Assembly (NCBI GenBank): GCA_965203905.1
Contig: CBDBDQ010000005.1
Coordinates: 5,824,001 to 5,888,000 of the forward strand
DNA length: 64,000 nucleotides
Source of the DNA: Spirochaetia bacterium
GTDB lineage: Bacteria > Spirochaetota > Spirochaetia > SZUA-6 > Bin103
Reading direction: 5' to 3'
Within the stretch, counting starts at the first letter, position 1, and every line of letters starts with the position of its first letter. A program made the translations under genes and the position numbers. Below are positions 38,337-48,920 of this stretch, in pieces. The notes under the pieces are model-generated. The model did not search any database. It worked only from the letters and a program-made list of their open reading frames with translations, and was not told the DNA's origin.

Positions 38337-39665
38337 CTACGGGAGCCAGCTCGGCGAGCGGCCGGTCAGCGGCGGGCCGACAGCGGTGTCGCTCTCGGTG
38401 TCCCAGAGCACGATCTCGGGTGCGGTGGCGACCGTTTCCAGGGCGATCCGCTGGAAGGTGAGATAGCGGCCATCGCCACTCCATTGTGCGGGGCCGTGGT
38501 CGAAGGCGGTGTCGTCGGTGAGCTGGCGCGCGTTCCCGTCCTGAGGCACCACCCAAACCTGGCCGCCGCCCGCGGCCCCGGGGACGCGCCGCAGCAGGCT
38601 CACCCGCTCACCGTCGGGAGCCCAGCGCAGCCCCCACTCCTCGAAGCGGCTCTCCGGGGCGTCGAGGGTAAGCGATCCGACGCTCAGGATCACCAGCCGG
38701 GTGCGGAAGTGAGGATCGTTCATGTCCACGTCGGTCACGAACAGCTTGCTGCCGTCCCTATTCCATACCGGCGGCTCCCCGGTGCGGCTGGGAATGAAGG
38801 TCGAGGACGCGTCGCTCATTCGCAGCATGCGAACGCCGTTCTCCAGCGGCGCCACCCAGGCCAGCCACTCGCCGTCCGGTGCCCAGCGCGGCTCGAAGCC
38901 GACGAAGCTGGGGTCCTCCAGCACCGGCCGGACCGTGCCGGCGCGGGTGTCCAGCAGGTACAGCCGCGGGGGTCCCGGCAGGGTGCGGCGGGCGAATGCC
39001 GCCTCGCCGCCGGCGGGCGACCAGCGGGGGCCGAAGCAGTCGTCGCTGCCGCAGTCCAGCAGGCGCCGGTGGCCGCTGCCGTCGCGGGCGACGACGAACA
39101 GGTCGTTGCCGTGCTGATCGCGCGGCGCGGAGTACACGATGGCTGAGCCGTCGGCCGCTACGTGGTAGTCCCACAACCCTTCCGGCTGCTCGGTGAGCTG
39201 GCGCGGGCTTCCCTCGAAGCCGGCACTGAACAGTTGGTCCCGGCCCGCGCCGTCGGGTGCCAGGTAGACCACGGCCAGCGCCGCGGTGGTGAACTGCCAG
39301 CTCAGCGGGCGCAGCAGGCGCCGGTTCTGGCTGCTGGCAAGGCCGGGCTCCAATTGCACCGTGTAGGTAACTCCCGGCTGCAGCGGACGCGACGGACGCA
39401 ACGTCAAGGCCCGCGCCGACCAGATCACCTCGCCCGGCGCATCGGGCGTCAGCGTCAGCGGCAGGTCGGTGGCGCGGGCGTCAGGCACCATCGACTGGTC
39501 GAACACCACCCGCGGCCGCACCATGGTAGAGACCTGCTCGGCGTCCGCCGGAGGCCACACCTCGACCACCCGCACGCCGACGCGGTCGCCGATCAGCGCA
39601 ACGGTGGCGGCCGCCACCGCCAGGGCGGCGAGCACCGCCAGCACCCGGCGGTCGAATGGTGTCAT
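38337..39665 (-). CDS. Membrane-anchored Ig-like plus TolB/PD40 beta-propeller protein
   Basis: N-terminal TM helix; VVFDQSM...PLQPGVTYTV...WQFTT (Big_5-like); repeated PRWSP/WAPDG/WSGDG. Confidence 0.8.
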   Translation of the reverse strand: MTPFDRRVLAVLAALAVAAATVALIGDRVGVRVVEVWPPADAEQVSTMVRPRVVFDQSMVPDARATDLPLTLTPDAPGEVIWSARALTLRPSRPLQPGVTYTVQLEPGLASSQNRRLLRPLSWQFTTAALAVVYLAPDGAGRDQLFSAGFEGSPRQLTEQPEGLWDYHVAADGSAIVYSAPRDQHGNDLFVVARDGSGHRRLLDCGSDDCFGPRWSPAGGEAAFARRTLPGPPRLYLLDTRAGTVRPVLEDPSFVGFEPRWAPDGEWLAWVAPLENGVRMLRMSDASSTFIPSRTGEPPVWNRDGSKLFVTDVDMNDPHFRTRLVILSVGSLTLDAPESRFEEWGLRWAPDGERVSLLRRVPGAAGGGQVWVVPQDGNARQLTDDTAFDHGPAQWSGDGRYLTFQRIALETVATAPEIVLWDTESDTAVGPPLTGRSPSWLP

Positions 39666-39680
39666 CGCCGAGGGCCCGCC

Positions 39681-40442
39681 TCAGTAGTAGAGATAGGGTT
39701 GTGGCGGCTGCTCGGCCGGCGCCACCTCCGTGGCCACCAGCACCGGTACCCGCTCGTCGAGAAAGGTCTCGACCGCGAACTCGCCGCTCACCCACACCCA
39801 GGCGTCGTCGTCCAGGAAGTCCGCATCGGGCCAGCGCACCGCCAGCCCGATCGGCGCCGCGTCGGCTACGCAGCAACTCAGCAGGAAGCGGCTCACCATG
39901 AAGGTGCCGGTGGGGAACCGTTCGTCGCGGTACACGAAGCCGCGCACCCGCGCCGACTCTCCGGCGAACCGGTTCAGGTCGACGGCGCCGGTGTCCGCCT
40001 GGTGGAACAGCACCAGCCAGTCGAGAACCGTACGTGGACCGCCGGCGTCGGCCCAGGCAGCCTCGGCGGTGCTGGCCAGCCCGGCCGATGCCGGCACCGA
40101 GCCAAGCTGCAGGGCGCGGGTCGCCATGGCATCGGTGCCCAGCGGCCGCGGCGGAATCAGGGCCAGCGCCACCGGCACTGCCAGAAGCAACACTCCCAGC
40201 CACGGCAGCGGGACGCGCGTGTCTGCCGCGCCGTGTCCGCGCCGCAGCTCCGTGGCCAGAACCACCACGCCCAGCACGGCAAGGCACGCGATGGCGATCA
40301 GGGTCAGCCAGCCGTAGCGCAGATTGATGTAGTAGCCCAGCGAGCCGTCCAGGTGGCGTATCGCCAGCACCGCGGCCAACCCCAGCAGCACGCTCCCGCG
40401 GATGACCGCGGCACTGCGCCGGCCGATGCGAAGTGCGCCCAT
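39681..40442 (-). CDS. TIGR03943/YcgQ-family membrane protein
   Basis: LGYYINLRY, GFVYRD, VSRFLLSCCVADA, WVWVSG, PPQPYLY. Confidence 0.88.
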   Translation of the reverse strand: MGALRIGRRSAAVIRGSVLLGLAAVLAIRHLDGSLGYYINLRYGWLTLIAIACLAVLGVVVLATELRRGHGAADTRVPLPWLGVLLLAVPVALALIPPRPLGTDAMATRALQLGSVPASAGLASTAEAAWADAGGPRTVLDWLVLFHQADTGAVDLNRFAGESARVRGFVYRDERFPTGTFMVSRFLLSCCVADAAPIGLAVRWPDADFLDDDAWVWVSGEFAVETFLDERVPVLVATEVAPAEQPPQPYLYY

Positions 40443-41581
40443 CAGAACCCCACCTGGGTGGCGAGCAGCAGGCACACCACCAGTGTGGCGCCAAGCGGCA
40501 GCGCGATCAGGTAGGTCACCACCCGGGGCCGGAAAATGCTGGCGAACATCAGCGAGCTCTTGATGTCGACCATCGGTCCGAACACCAGGAACGCCAGGAT
40601 CGAGGCCGGCGTGAAGGTGCCGACGAACGACAGGGCGACGAACGCATCGACGGTCGAACACACCGAGATGACGAAGGCCAGCACGCTCAGCACCAGCACC
40701 GAGCTCACCGCACCGCTGCCGATCCCGAGAATCGCTTCCTGGGGCACCAGCGCCTGCAGCGCGGCGGCGAGCAGAGACCCGGCGACCAGGTAGCGGCCCA
40801 CGTCGAACAGGTCGTCCGCCGCGGCACCGACGGCGGCGTGCAACCGCCGCGCCAGTGGTGCGGCCGTGGGCTCTTCCGCGTGATGGTGATGATTATGGCC
40901 ATGGTGATGATCGTGGTGATGGTGATGACTGTGGCCATGGTGATGGTCGTGGCCATGCCCCGGCTTGTCGCGCAGCACCTCATCGGGCCGGGCGGTCCCG
41001 AACAGGAGGGCGATGAGAGTGGCGAAGGCGAAGCTGAGGACGAAGCGCGCCAGCAGCATCTTGCCGGCGCCGAACGCCGTCAGGGTGCTGGCGAACACGA
41101 TCGGATTCACCACCGGAGCGGCGAGCAGGAAGGCCACTCCCACCCGCAACGGCAGCCCCTTGGCCAGCAGCCGGCGGACCACGACGACGATCCCGCACTC
41201 GCACACCGGCAGCGCGATGCCGAGCGCCGCCCCGGCCAGCGCGCCGAGCACCGGGTGGCGCGGAATCAGCCGCGCCAGCACCTCGGGGCGGACGAATACC
41301 TCCACGAACCCCGACGCCACGGCACCCGCCAGCAGGAACGGTGCCGCCTCGATGAAGATTCCGAGGAAGATCGTGGCGAAGGTATGCAACCGGTCGGGAA
41401 CGGACACGGGAGCGGCAAACGCCGCGTCGATCGATGCCTGCCGCGTGGCGACGAGCCACGCCACCAGCAGCGCCAGAGTCGCCAGCACCACTGCCCAGCC
41501 GATCCAGGTCGTGCGTTCGCGTCGTGCCGATTCGAGTCCGCTGCCACGGATCTTTTTCGTCAGGTGGTGCTGCAGTGACAT
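40442..41581 (-). CDS. YcgR/DUF318 permease with His-rich loop
   Basis: [41 protein letters not shown]; His-rich [26 protein letters not shown]. Confidence 0.9.
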   Translation of the reverse strand: MSLQHHLTKKIRGSGLESARRERTTWIGWAVVLATLALLVAWLVATRQASIDAAFAAPVSVPDRLHTFATIFLGIFIEAAPFLLAGAVASGFVEVFVRPEVLARLIPRHPVLGALAGAALGIALPVCECGIVVVVRRLLAKGLPLRVGVAFLLAAPVVNPIVFASTLTAFGAGKMLLARFVLSFAFATLIALLFGTARPDEVLRDKPGHGHDHHHGHSHHHHHDHHHGHNHHHHAEEPTAAPLARRLHAAVGAAADDLFDVGRYLVAGSLLAAALQALVPQEAILGIGSGAVSSVLVLSVLAFVISVCSTVDAFVALSFVGTFTPASILAFLVFGPMVDIKSSLMFASIFRPRVVTYLIALPLGATLVVCLLLATQVGF

Positions 41582-41616
41582 CGGCGGCATTATAGCGTGC
41601 CGCACACGCCCGCAAC

Positions 41617-41645
41617 TTGACCGCTGCGGCGGCGGCAGTTAGGTT
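41617..41645 (+). promoter_or_regulatory. Putative ferritin promoter TTGACC-17-TAGGTT
   Basis: Hexamers upstream of the AAGGAG RBS. Confidence 0.4.
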
Positions 41646-41664
41646 CCCAGGCAAGGAGCGCAGC

Positions 41665-42177
41665 ATGATTTCCAGCAACATCACCAAGGCCCTGAACGAC
41701 CAGATCACCAACGAATTCAACTCCAGCTACACCTATCTGGCGATGTCCGCACACTTTGCCGCCCGCAACCTGAATGGCTTCGCGCACTGGTTCCGCGTCC
41801 AGTACGAGGAGGAGCGGGCCCACGCGCTGCGCATCTTCGACCACGTCCTGGAGCGCGGCGGTGAGGTTTCCCTGTGCGTGACCACGCGGCCTTCAGGTAG
41901 CTGGGACAGTCCCCTCAGCGCCTTCACCGAGGCTCGTGACGAGGAGCGGCGGATCGCCGAGTCGATCGACGAGCTGATGGATCTGGCTGCCGGCGAGAAG
42001 GACCACGCAACACGAATCCTGCTGGACTGGTTCGTCACGGAGCAGGTGGAGGAGGAGCGCATCACCACCGAGATCGTGGACCAGTTGCAGATGGTGAGCG
42101 ATTCCCGGATCGGCCTGTTCATGATCGACGAGCGTCTCAAGGACCGCACGGCGTCCGAACCGGAAGACGAGGGTTAG
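41665..42177 (+). CDS. ftnA: Non-heme ferritin
   Basis: LNDQITNEFNSSYTYLAMS, QYEEERAHA, KDHAT..LLDWFVTEQVEEE. Confidence 0.92.
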   Translation: MISSNITKALNDQITNEFNSSYTYLAMSAHFAARNLNGFAHWFRVQYEEERAHALRIFDHVLERGGEVSLCVTTRPSGSWDSPLSAFTEARDEERRIAESIDELMDLAAGEKDHATRILLDWFVTEQVEEERITTEIVDQLQMVSDSRIGLFMIDERLKDRTASEPEDEG

Positions 42178-43485
42178 GAGTCTCGCCAAAATAAGTTGGT
42201 CTTTTAGTCACTGTCGGGGAGTCAGCATGTAGTTCCATTCGCCGTGAAACCGATCCCGCTTCAGATTCAGTGCCTGCATCTGTTCGTCGCTCACCGTCTG
42301 CCCCGTCGGGTAGCTGTTGTGGTCCAACTCCGAGCGGATCGTCAAGCCGCTCCTGGTCCTCGTGTGGCCGATCAGGTTCACCACCACCTGCCGGCTCACC
42401 AGCGGTCGCCCGCGCCAGTTCTCGGTGATGTGACAGAACATCCGATGCTCGATCTTGTTCCACTTGCTGGTCCCCGGCGGAAAGTGACACACCGAGATGC
42501 GCAGCCCCGTGGCATCGGCGAACTGCTGCAACTCCACCTTCCACAGCCGACTGCGACTGCTGTTGGAACCGCCCCCGTCGGCCGTGATCAGCAACCGCCG
42601 CGCCTGTGGATACGCCATATGGCCCATCCTCTGCCACCACCTCCGCAGTGTCTCCACGGCGAATACCGCGGTGTCGTGATCCTCCCCCACGCTCACCCAG
42701 CCGGTGTCACCGGTCACGTCGTAGATCCCGTACGGAATCGCCTTGCCGAGCGTCTTATCCACGAAATCGTGCACCTTGACGCGCTCCGGTTGGCCCTTCG
42801 GGCGCCACTCTCGACCCCCGTTGCGGTACTCGCCCACCAACTCCTTTTTCTTGGTGTCAACAGAAACTACCGGCTGCCGCAGAGCCTGAAACGCGCGCAC
42901 CCTCCGGTTGATGTGCTTGAACTGCGCATCGCGGTCGACATGCTGCGTGCCTTCCAGCGTCTTGCGGTTGGCCTGCAGGCTGTAGCCCAACTCATGCAAC
43001 AGCCGGTTCACGGTCCGCTCGCTCACCGGGTGACCGGCCGCCTGCAGTTCCTCGGCCAACCGCGCCGCGCTACTGCAGGTCCACAGCAACGGCCCCATCG
43101 GGTCGCCGCGGGTGACCGGGTCGACCAACCGCTCCAGCGCCTGTGTCAACTTCGGGTCGCGGGCGGTCAACGGCTTACGGCCTGCGCCGGGTCGTCGCTG
43201 GCGTCCGCTGTTGGCTTGTGCCCCTGCTGCTGCGCCGGCATCCAGTTCCTTCAGCCCGGCGTGAATGGTGGTCCGCGAGATCCCGGTGGCGGCTGCCACA
43301 CAGGCGATGCCGCCACGGCCCAGCAGGCGCGCCTCCACCGCAGCCCAGCGGCGCCGGAGGCGCTCGTCAAACAATGGATTCAGGGCTGCGAACTTGGTCT
43401 TGACCGCTTGGGTGAGAATTGGGTCCACTACGTCTGAGTAGATTATCGGCTACTCCTTTCGACCACTTTATTTTGGCGAGAGCCC
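42177..43485 (-). mobile_element. Complete ISAzo13-family insertion sequence
   Basis: Imperfect TIRs GGAGTCTCGCCAAAATAAGTTGGTC / GGGCTCTCGCCAAAATAAAGTGGTC; TTA target duplication at 42174-42176 and 43486-43488. Confidence 0.9.
42208..43428 (-). CDS. ISAzo13-family DDE transposase
   Basis: SVDTKKKELVG, HDF, ITADGGGSNS, PPGTSKWNKIEHRMF, FHGEWNY. Confidence 0.95.
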   Translation of the reverse strand: MDPILTQAVKTKFAALNPLFDERLRRRWAAVEARLLGRGGIACVAAATGISRTTIHAGLKELDAGAAAGAQANSGRQRRPGAGRKPLTARDPKLTQALERLVDPVTRGDPMGPLLWTCSSAARLAEELQAAGHPVSERTVNRLLHELGYSLQANRKTLEGTQHVDRDAQFKHINRRVRAFQALRQPVVSVDTKKKELVGEYRNGGREWRPKGQPERVKVHDFVDKTLGKAIPYGIYDVTGDTGWVSVGEDHDTAVFAVETLRRWWQRMGHMAYPQARRLLITADGGGSNSSRSRLWKVELQQFADATGLRISVCHFPPGTSKWNKIEHRMFCHITENWRGRPLVSRQVVVNLIGHTRTRSGLTIRSELDHNSYPTGQTVSDEQMQALNLKRDRFHGEWNYMLTPRQ

Positions 43486-44613
43486 TTAGCCTTCGGTCTT
43501 CGGCGGCGGCGCACCGGGAAGCGGCCCGCTGCCGACCAGGGTTACTCCCACCCGTTGGCCCAGCGGGTACGGTCGCGCCGCCGGTACGTGCACCGTGAGT
43601 TCGCCCACTCCGGGTGTTGCTTCGACTCGTACCCGCAGCTCGCGGTACTCGCCCATGAAGCGCTGGCCGCAGATCTCTCCGCGTACGCCCCCTGCGCCGT
43701 TGCACTGGTGGGCGGGCGTGACCCGCAACTGCCATGGCCGGACCGAGACCGCCGGCACGCCGGCGACCTGGAACGGGGCCGCCGCGGCAATCTCCCCCAG
43801 AGCGCAAGTCCAGATCCCGTCGCGGCGCTGCACCGGCAGCAGGTTGACGGCGCCGAGATAGCGCGCCACGAAGGCGTTGGCCGGCGCCGAGTAGAGCGTT
43901 TCGGCGTCCCCCACCTGCTCGACGTGTCCGCGCCGCAACAGCGCCAGCCGGTCGGCCACCGTAAACGCCTCGTCGCGGTCATGGGTCACGAACAGCGCCG
44001 TGGTCTCGGTCTGCTGCAGCACCGTCCGCAACTCCCGGAACAACTCCCACTTCAGCACCGGATCGAGGTTGTTGAAGGGCTCGTCCAGCAGCAGCAGCGC
44101 CGGTCGCGGCGCGAGTGCCCTGCCAATTGCGGCGCGCTGCGCCTGTCCCCCGGAGACTTCGTGCGGGTAACGGTCGCCAATGTCGGCGATGTGCACCAGC
44201 TTCAGGGTCTGCTGTGCCAGCTCGCGCCGCCGGCGCTCGGGCAACCGGCGCAGTCCGAAGGCGACATTCTGGCGAATGGTCAGGTGGGGCAGGAGCGCCG
44301 TGTCCTGAAATACCACTCCGACGGCGCGCTCCTCCGGCGGGATCGAGTGGCGCGGGCTGCTCACCAGGGTGCCGGCAAGGGAAACGGTGCCGGCGCTGGG
44401 CTGCTCGAACCCGGCTACCAGCCGTAGCAGGGTGGTCTTGCCGCTGCCGCTCTCACCGAGCAGCGCGAGTACCGCACCGCGCTCCAGTTCCAGCGATACC
44501 TGCCTCAGTGCCGGCCGCGGGTTGCCCGGGAAGTACTTGGTGACCTCGGCCAAACGGAGGTGCGGAGCGGCAGCCTGCGCGGGGTGCATGCCGTTGCCGT
44601 CGTGCATCGTCAA
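43486..44613 (-). CDS. Fe3+ ABC transporter ATP-binding protein (FbpC-like)
   Basis: GESGSGKTT, VSGGQAQR, LLLDEPF, VTHD, C-terminal TOBE-like region. Confidence 0.9.
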   Translation of the reverse strand: MTMHDGNGMHPAQAAAPHLRLAEVTKYFPGNPRPALRQVSLELERGAVLALLGESGSGKTTLLRLVAGFEQPSAGTVSLAGTLVSSPRHSIPPEERAVGVVFQDTALLPHLTIRQNVAFGLRRLPERRRRELAQQTLKLVHIADIGDRYPHEVSGGQAQRAAIGRALAPRPALLLLDEPFNNLDPVLKWELFRELRTVLQQTETTALFVTHDRDEAFTVADRLALLRRGHVEQVGDAETLYSAPANAFVARYLGAVNLLPVQRRDGIWTCALGEIAAAAPFQVAGVPAVSVRPWQLRVTPAHQCNGAGGVRGEICGQRFMGEYRELRVRVEATPGVGELTVHVPAARPYPLGQRVGVTLVGSGPLPGAPPPKTEG

Positions 44614-46442
44614 GAGTCGAGGCGGGCGCTGCTGAGACGCTGCAGCAGGATGACCGGGACTACGCTGATGGCCACGATCATCAGCGCGGGTATGGCTGCC
44701 TCCGCGACCATCTCATTGCCTGCCAGGCGGAATACCCGCGTTGCCAGGGTCTCCAGGTTGAATGGCCGCAGGATCATCGTCAACGGCAGTTCCTTGAGGA
44801 TGTCGACGATCAGCAGCATGGCGGCGCCGATCAGCGCCGGCCGCAGGCTCGGGATCCCTACCCGTACCAGCGCCTGACGCGGGCGCATGCCGGAAGCGCG
44901 CGCGACCTCGTCGAAACGGGTGGTGACCCCGCAGAACCCGGAGTCGACGGCGTGATAACCCACGGCGAAGAAGCGCACCACGTACCCTGCCAACAGCGCC
45001 AGCACGGTACCGGTGATGACGAGACCGGGCGATACCCCGAACAGCAGGCGCGAGGCGCCGATGATGCGGTGGTCGACCCAGGTGTACGCGGTGGCGATCC
45101 CCACGGCGAGCACCGCTCCCGGCACCGCGTAACCGGAGGTGGTCCAACGAGCCAGCGAGCTGACCATACGTCCGGCACGGAGCCGGGTAGTGTAGGCAAT
45201 CAGCACCGCCAGAGTCAGGATGACCAGGGCCGCCGTCGCGGCCAGGCCGACGCTGGTGCCCAGATAGCGGAAGAGCCGCCAATCGATCACGCGCGCCCAG
45301 CTCTGCACCGCCCACCAGAGCAGTTGCGCCACCGGTACCACGAAGCCCAGCAGCACCGGCAGGGCACAGGCGACGCAGGCGGCAGCAGCGGTACGCCCGC
45401 GCAGCCTGATACGGGGCATCGGGCGCTGCACCGCGCCGGGCGCGTGATAGCGGGCACGCCGGCGTTGCCAGCGCTCCAGCGCCATGATCGACACCACCAC
45501 CAGCAACATGACGGCCGCCAGACCCAGGGCGGCGTGCACGCTGCCCAGCGCGAACCAGGCGCGGAAGATGCCGATAGTCAGCGTATCGACGCCGAAGTAA
45601 TGCGTCGCACCGTATTCTCCCAGCGTCTCCATCGCCACCAGCACCATGCCGGCGACGACTCCGGGGCGGGCCAGCGGCAGCACCGCGTGACGCAGCGCCT
45701 GCAGCCCCGAGTAGCCGTGGCTGCGAGCGATCTCCAGGACCGCCGCGCTCTGGCGCGCGAACACGGCGCGCGAGGTCAGGTAGGCATAGGGGTACACGGT
45801 AACGGTCAGCACGAAGCAAAGCCCGGCGAAGGTCTGCAGGTCGAGGGTCGGATAGTTGCCCACGGGAATCGAGAGGCCGCGCCGAAACAGCAGTTGAACC
45901 GGCCCTGCGTAGTCGAATACGCCGACGTAACCGATGGCGGCGATGTAGGTGGGCAACGCCAGCGGCAGGATCAGCAGCCAGCTCAGGGCACGTCGCCCGG
46001 GGAACTCGAACGCCGTGGTACACCACGCCGTGGTCACGCCAACCAGCGCGGAGAGCACGGCAACGACCGCTACCAGGGAAACGGTATTCACTATGTAGCG
46101 GGCCAGCACCGTCTGCGCCAGGTGACGCACTTCCGGCGTGGCGAGCGCGCCGACATGAGCGGCTACCACCAGCAGCGGTACGCCGATCAGGGCCGCCAGA
46201 ACGGCCGGCGCCAGCAGCCAAGCGCGCGAGGTACCGGTGGCGCCGGCCGTGGCCACGCGCAACTGTGGGAGACGCAACCATGCCGCGCGCAACCAGTGCG
46301 GCCACTGCAGCAGCCGCAGGCCCAGGCCGTGGGCGCGTGCAACGAGTCGGCCAGCCGCGAAATCAGCCATCGCCGTCTGCTCGCTCCGGGAGCTGCGCGG
46401 CGACGAACCCAGCCGGGCCGCCACCGGCAGCGGTGAATTCAC
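44610..46442 (-). CDS. Fe3+ ABC transporter permease (FbpB-like)
   Basis: Two permease halves; FEFPGRR, PLALPTYI, YPYAYL, GYAVPG, KELPLT..LRPFN.ETLA; true start may be downstream. Confidence 0.88.
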   Translation of the reverse strand: MNSPLPVAARLGSSPRSSRSEQTAMADFAAGRLVARAHGLGLRLLQWPHWLRAAWLRLPQLRVATAGATGTSRAWLLAPAVLAALIGVPLLVVAAHVGALATPEVRHLAQTVLARYIVNTVSLVAVVAVLSALVGVTTAWCTTAFEFPGRRALSWLLILPLALPTYIAAIGYVGVFDYAGPVQLLFRRGLSIPVGNYPTLDLQTFAGLCFVLTVTVYPYAYLTSRAVFARQSAAVLEIARSHGYSGLQALRHAVLPLARPGVVAGMVLVAMETLGEYGATHYFGVDTLTIGIFRAWFALGSVHAALGLAAVMLLVVVSIMALERWQRRRARYHAPGAVQRPMPRIRLRGRTAAAACVACALPVLLGFVVPVAQLLWWAVQSWARVIDWRLFRYLGTSVGLAATAALVILTLAVLIAYTTRLRAGRMVSSLARWTTSGYAVPGAVLAVGIATAYTWVDHRIIGASRLLFGVSPGLVITGTVLALLAGYVVRFFAVGYHAVDSGFCGVTTRFDEVARASGMRPRQALVRVGIPSLRPALIGAAMLLIVDILKELPLTMILRPFNLETLATRVFRLAGNEMVAEAAIPALMIVAISVVPVILLQRLSSARLDS

Positions 46443-46522
46443 CTACATTCGCAAGCGTAATGCGGGGAGTGTATCTGAAGCTCGATTAATCATGTCAAGC
46501 ACCCGCCACCGGAATCTTCACG

Positions 46523-48916
46523 TCACCCGGCGGCCCCGCCGGCGCCCTCGAACGGACCGGCGAAGCGGTACTCGTGGCCGGCCTCGGTGCCGGTGTTAAC
46601 CCGCCAGCCGCGCCAGCGCAGCCGCAGCGGGTTGCCCAGCAGCGACTCCACCCGTACTTCCCGCGGCGCCCCGTCGCGCCAGGCGACGTCCACCTGGAAC
46701 CCGCCACGGGCGCGCAGCCCGCTCACGCTGCCCTCGGTCCATGCCGTCGGCAGCGCCGGCAACAGATCGAGCGCGTCGCGATGCGACTGCAGCAGCAGCT
46801 CCGCGATGCCCGCGGTGACGCCGAGGTTGCCGTCGATCTGGAACGGGGGATGGGCGTCCAACAGGCTGATGTAGACGCCGCCGCCTTGCATCCGGTCGTC
46901 CGGATCGCCCGGCTCCACCACGCGCAGCAGGTTGCCGATCACCCGCAGCGCGCGGTCGCCGTCACCGAAGCGCGCCCACAGCGCCACCCGCCAGCCCATC
47001 CCCCAGCCGGTGCTCTCGTCGCCGCGCCGATCCAGGGAGACGCGCGCCGCAAGGTAACGGTCGCGGTCGCGCTCCGGCGTCAGCGCGGCCCCGGGGTAGG
47101 CGCCGTACAGGTGGGAGACGTGGCGATGGTGCGGCTCCGGCTCCTCGAACTCATCGGAGAACTCCAGCAACTGGCCCCGGCTTCCCACCGCCAGCGGCGC
47201 CAGGCGCGCCAGGGCCGCGCGCAGCTCCGTGCACAGGGCATCGACGGAACGGCCGGTGAGCTCGGCGGCCGCCAGGGTGTGCTCGAACAGCTCGCGCACG
47301 ATGGTCTGGTCCACCGCGCTGCCGGCGCACACCTCGGCAGCCTCGCCGGTGGCGGGGTCGATGAAGGCGTTCTCGGGCGACGTGGACGGTGACACCACCA
47401 GCTCGCCGGCCTCGTTCTCGGTGAGCAGGTCGAGCAAGAACTCGGACGCACCACGCAGGATGGCGCAGCCGTGCTCGGCCAGGTAGGCACGGTCGCCGCT
47501 GAACAGGTAGCTCTCGTACACGTTGCGCGCCAGCCAGGCGCCGCCCAGCGGCCAGAAGGCGTGCCGGGTCTTGAAGTGCACCGGGGCGCTCCAGCGCCAC
47601 AGGTCGGTATTGTGATGGGCACACCAGCCGCGGCTACCGTACAGGGCGCCGGCGGCGGAGCGGCCACTGCGGCTGAGCTGCTCCACCATGGCCAGCACCG
47701 GCTCCTCGCACTCCGCCAGGTTGCATACCCGCGCCGGCCAGTAGTTCATCTGGGTGTTGATGTTGATGGTGTAGCGCCCGGCCCACGGCGGCTGCACCAG
47801 GTGGTTCCAGATCCCCTGCAGGTTGGCCGGCTCCGAGCCGGGGCGCGAGCTGGCGATCAGCAGGTAGCGGCCGTAGTCGAACAACAGCTCGCACATGCCC
47901 GGATCGTCGTCCGCACCGGCCAGCGCCGGCAGCCGGCGGTCGGTGGGCAGCGCCTCCAGATCGGGGCGGTGGCCGCCCAGCCGCAGCGAGACGCGGTCGA
48001 ACAGGCGGCGATGGTCGGCGCGATGCTCGGCGGCAAGCTCCTCGTGGCCGCGGGCGGCGGCCCGCGCGACGATCTGCAGGGCCTCGGCATCGATGGCTCG
48101 ACCGGCGGAGCCGGGTTCGCGCTCATGCCTGTCGAAGCTGGTGACTATGGTCAGCAGCACGCGCGCCGCGTCGGCCGCGCGCACCTGGACCTGTCCATCG
48201 GCGGCCTCGACCCGGGCATCGGCGCCGCTGGCGAGCACGCGCACCGCGATGCAGTAACGCACCGCCCGCTGCGCGCGCTGCTCCTCGTTCCACATCCGGT
48301 CCAGGCTCTTCCGTGGGCGGCCGTAGTCCGGGTTCATGTTGAAGGCCCGCCCCCACCCGACCACCGTATAGGCGGCCACCGTCGTGGTGTGAAAGAACGG
48401 CATGGGAGAGCGCAGGCGCGCGGTAAACTCGAGCGCCCGGGGGCCGGAGGCCGACAGCGCGATGCACAGGCAGGCCGCGGGATGGGACAGAAAGCTCTCC
48501 TGCCGGAAGGTCACCCCGCCGCTGGTGAACACCACCTCGGAGGTGGCGTCGCGCAGCGAGAGGCCGCGTCGATAGCCGCCGTGGTCCGCGGCCGGAAGCC
48601 GCCGCTCCAGCAGCAGGTCGCCGGCGGTCTGGTAGGACTGGCACTCGTCACGCGTCAGCAGCACCTTGCGGTCGATGAATTCGGTGGCACGGCTGAACTC
48701 GCGGCGCCGGATCATCTCCCGCGCCGTGGCGATCAGCTTCGGGGTCTCGGGATTGAAGGAATACTCGGGTGGACCCGACCAGATGGTGTCGGCGTTGAGC
48801 TGGAAGCGCTCGGTGGGCACGCCGCCGAACACCATCGCCCCCAACGCGCCGTTGCCCAGCGGCAGAGCGCCCTCCCAGTAGGAGGCGGGGGCCTGGTACC
48901 AGAGATCCGGTGTCAC
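46523..48916 (-). CDS. GH95 alpha-L-fucosidase-family glycoside hydrolase
   Basis: [60 protein letters not shown]. Confidence 0.93.
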   Translation of the reverse strand: MTPDLWYQAPASYWEGALPLGNGALGAMVFGGVPTERFQLNADTIWSGPPEYSFNPETPKLIATAREMIRRREFSRATEFIDRKVLLTRDECQSYQTAGDLLLERRLPAADHGGYRRGLSLRDATSEVVFTSGGVTFRQESFLSHPAACLCIALSASGPRALEFTARLRSPMPFFHTTTVAAYTVVGWGRAFNMNPDYGRPRKSLDRMWNEEQRAQRAVRYCIAVRVLASGADARVEAADGQVQVRAADAARVLLTIVTSFDRHEREPGSAGRAIDAEALQIVARAAARGHEELAAEHRADHRRLFDRVSLRLGGHRPDLEALPTDRRLPALAGADDDPGMCELLFDYGRYLLIASSRPGSEPANLQGIWNHLVQPPWAGRYTININTQMNYWPARVCNLAECEEPVLAMVEQLSRSGRSAAGALYGSRGWCAHHNTDLWRWSAPVHFKTRHAFWPLGGAWLARNVYESYLFSGDRAYLAEHGCAILRGASEFLLDLLTENEAGELVVSPSTSPENAFIDPATGEAAEVCAGSAVDQTIVRELFEHTLAAAELTGRSVDALCTELRAALARLAPLAVGSRGQLLEFSDEFEEPEPHHRHVSHLYGAYPGAALTPERDRDRYLAARVSLDRRGDESTGWGMGWRVALWARFGDGDRALRVIGNLLRVVEPGDPDDRMQGGGVYISLLDAHPPFQIDGNLGVTAGIAELLLQSHRDALDLLPALPTAWTEGSVSGLRARGGFQVDVAWRDGAPREVRVESLLGNPLRLRWRGWRVNTGTEAGHEYRFAGPFEGAGGAAG

Positions 48917-48920
48917 CCGC

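Noticed and set aside
40880-40960. Low-complexity TGA/TGG repeat
   Set aside because: Encodes the His-rich loop of the permease; not a CRISPR or VNTR
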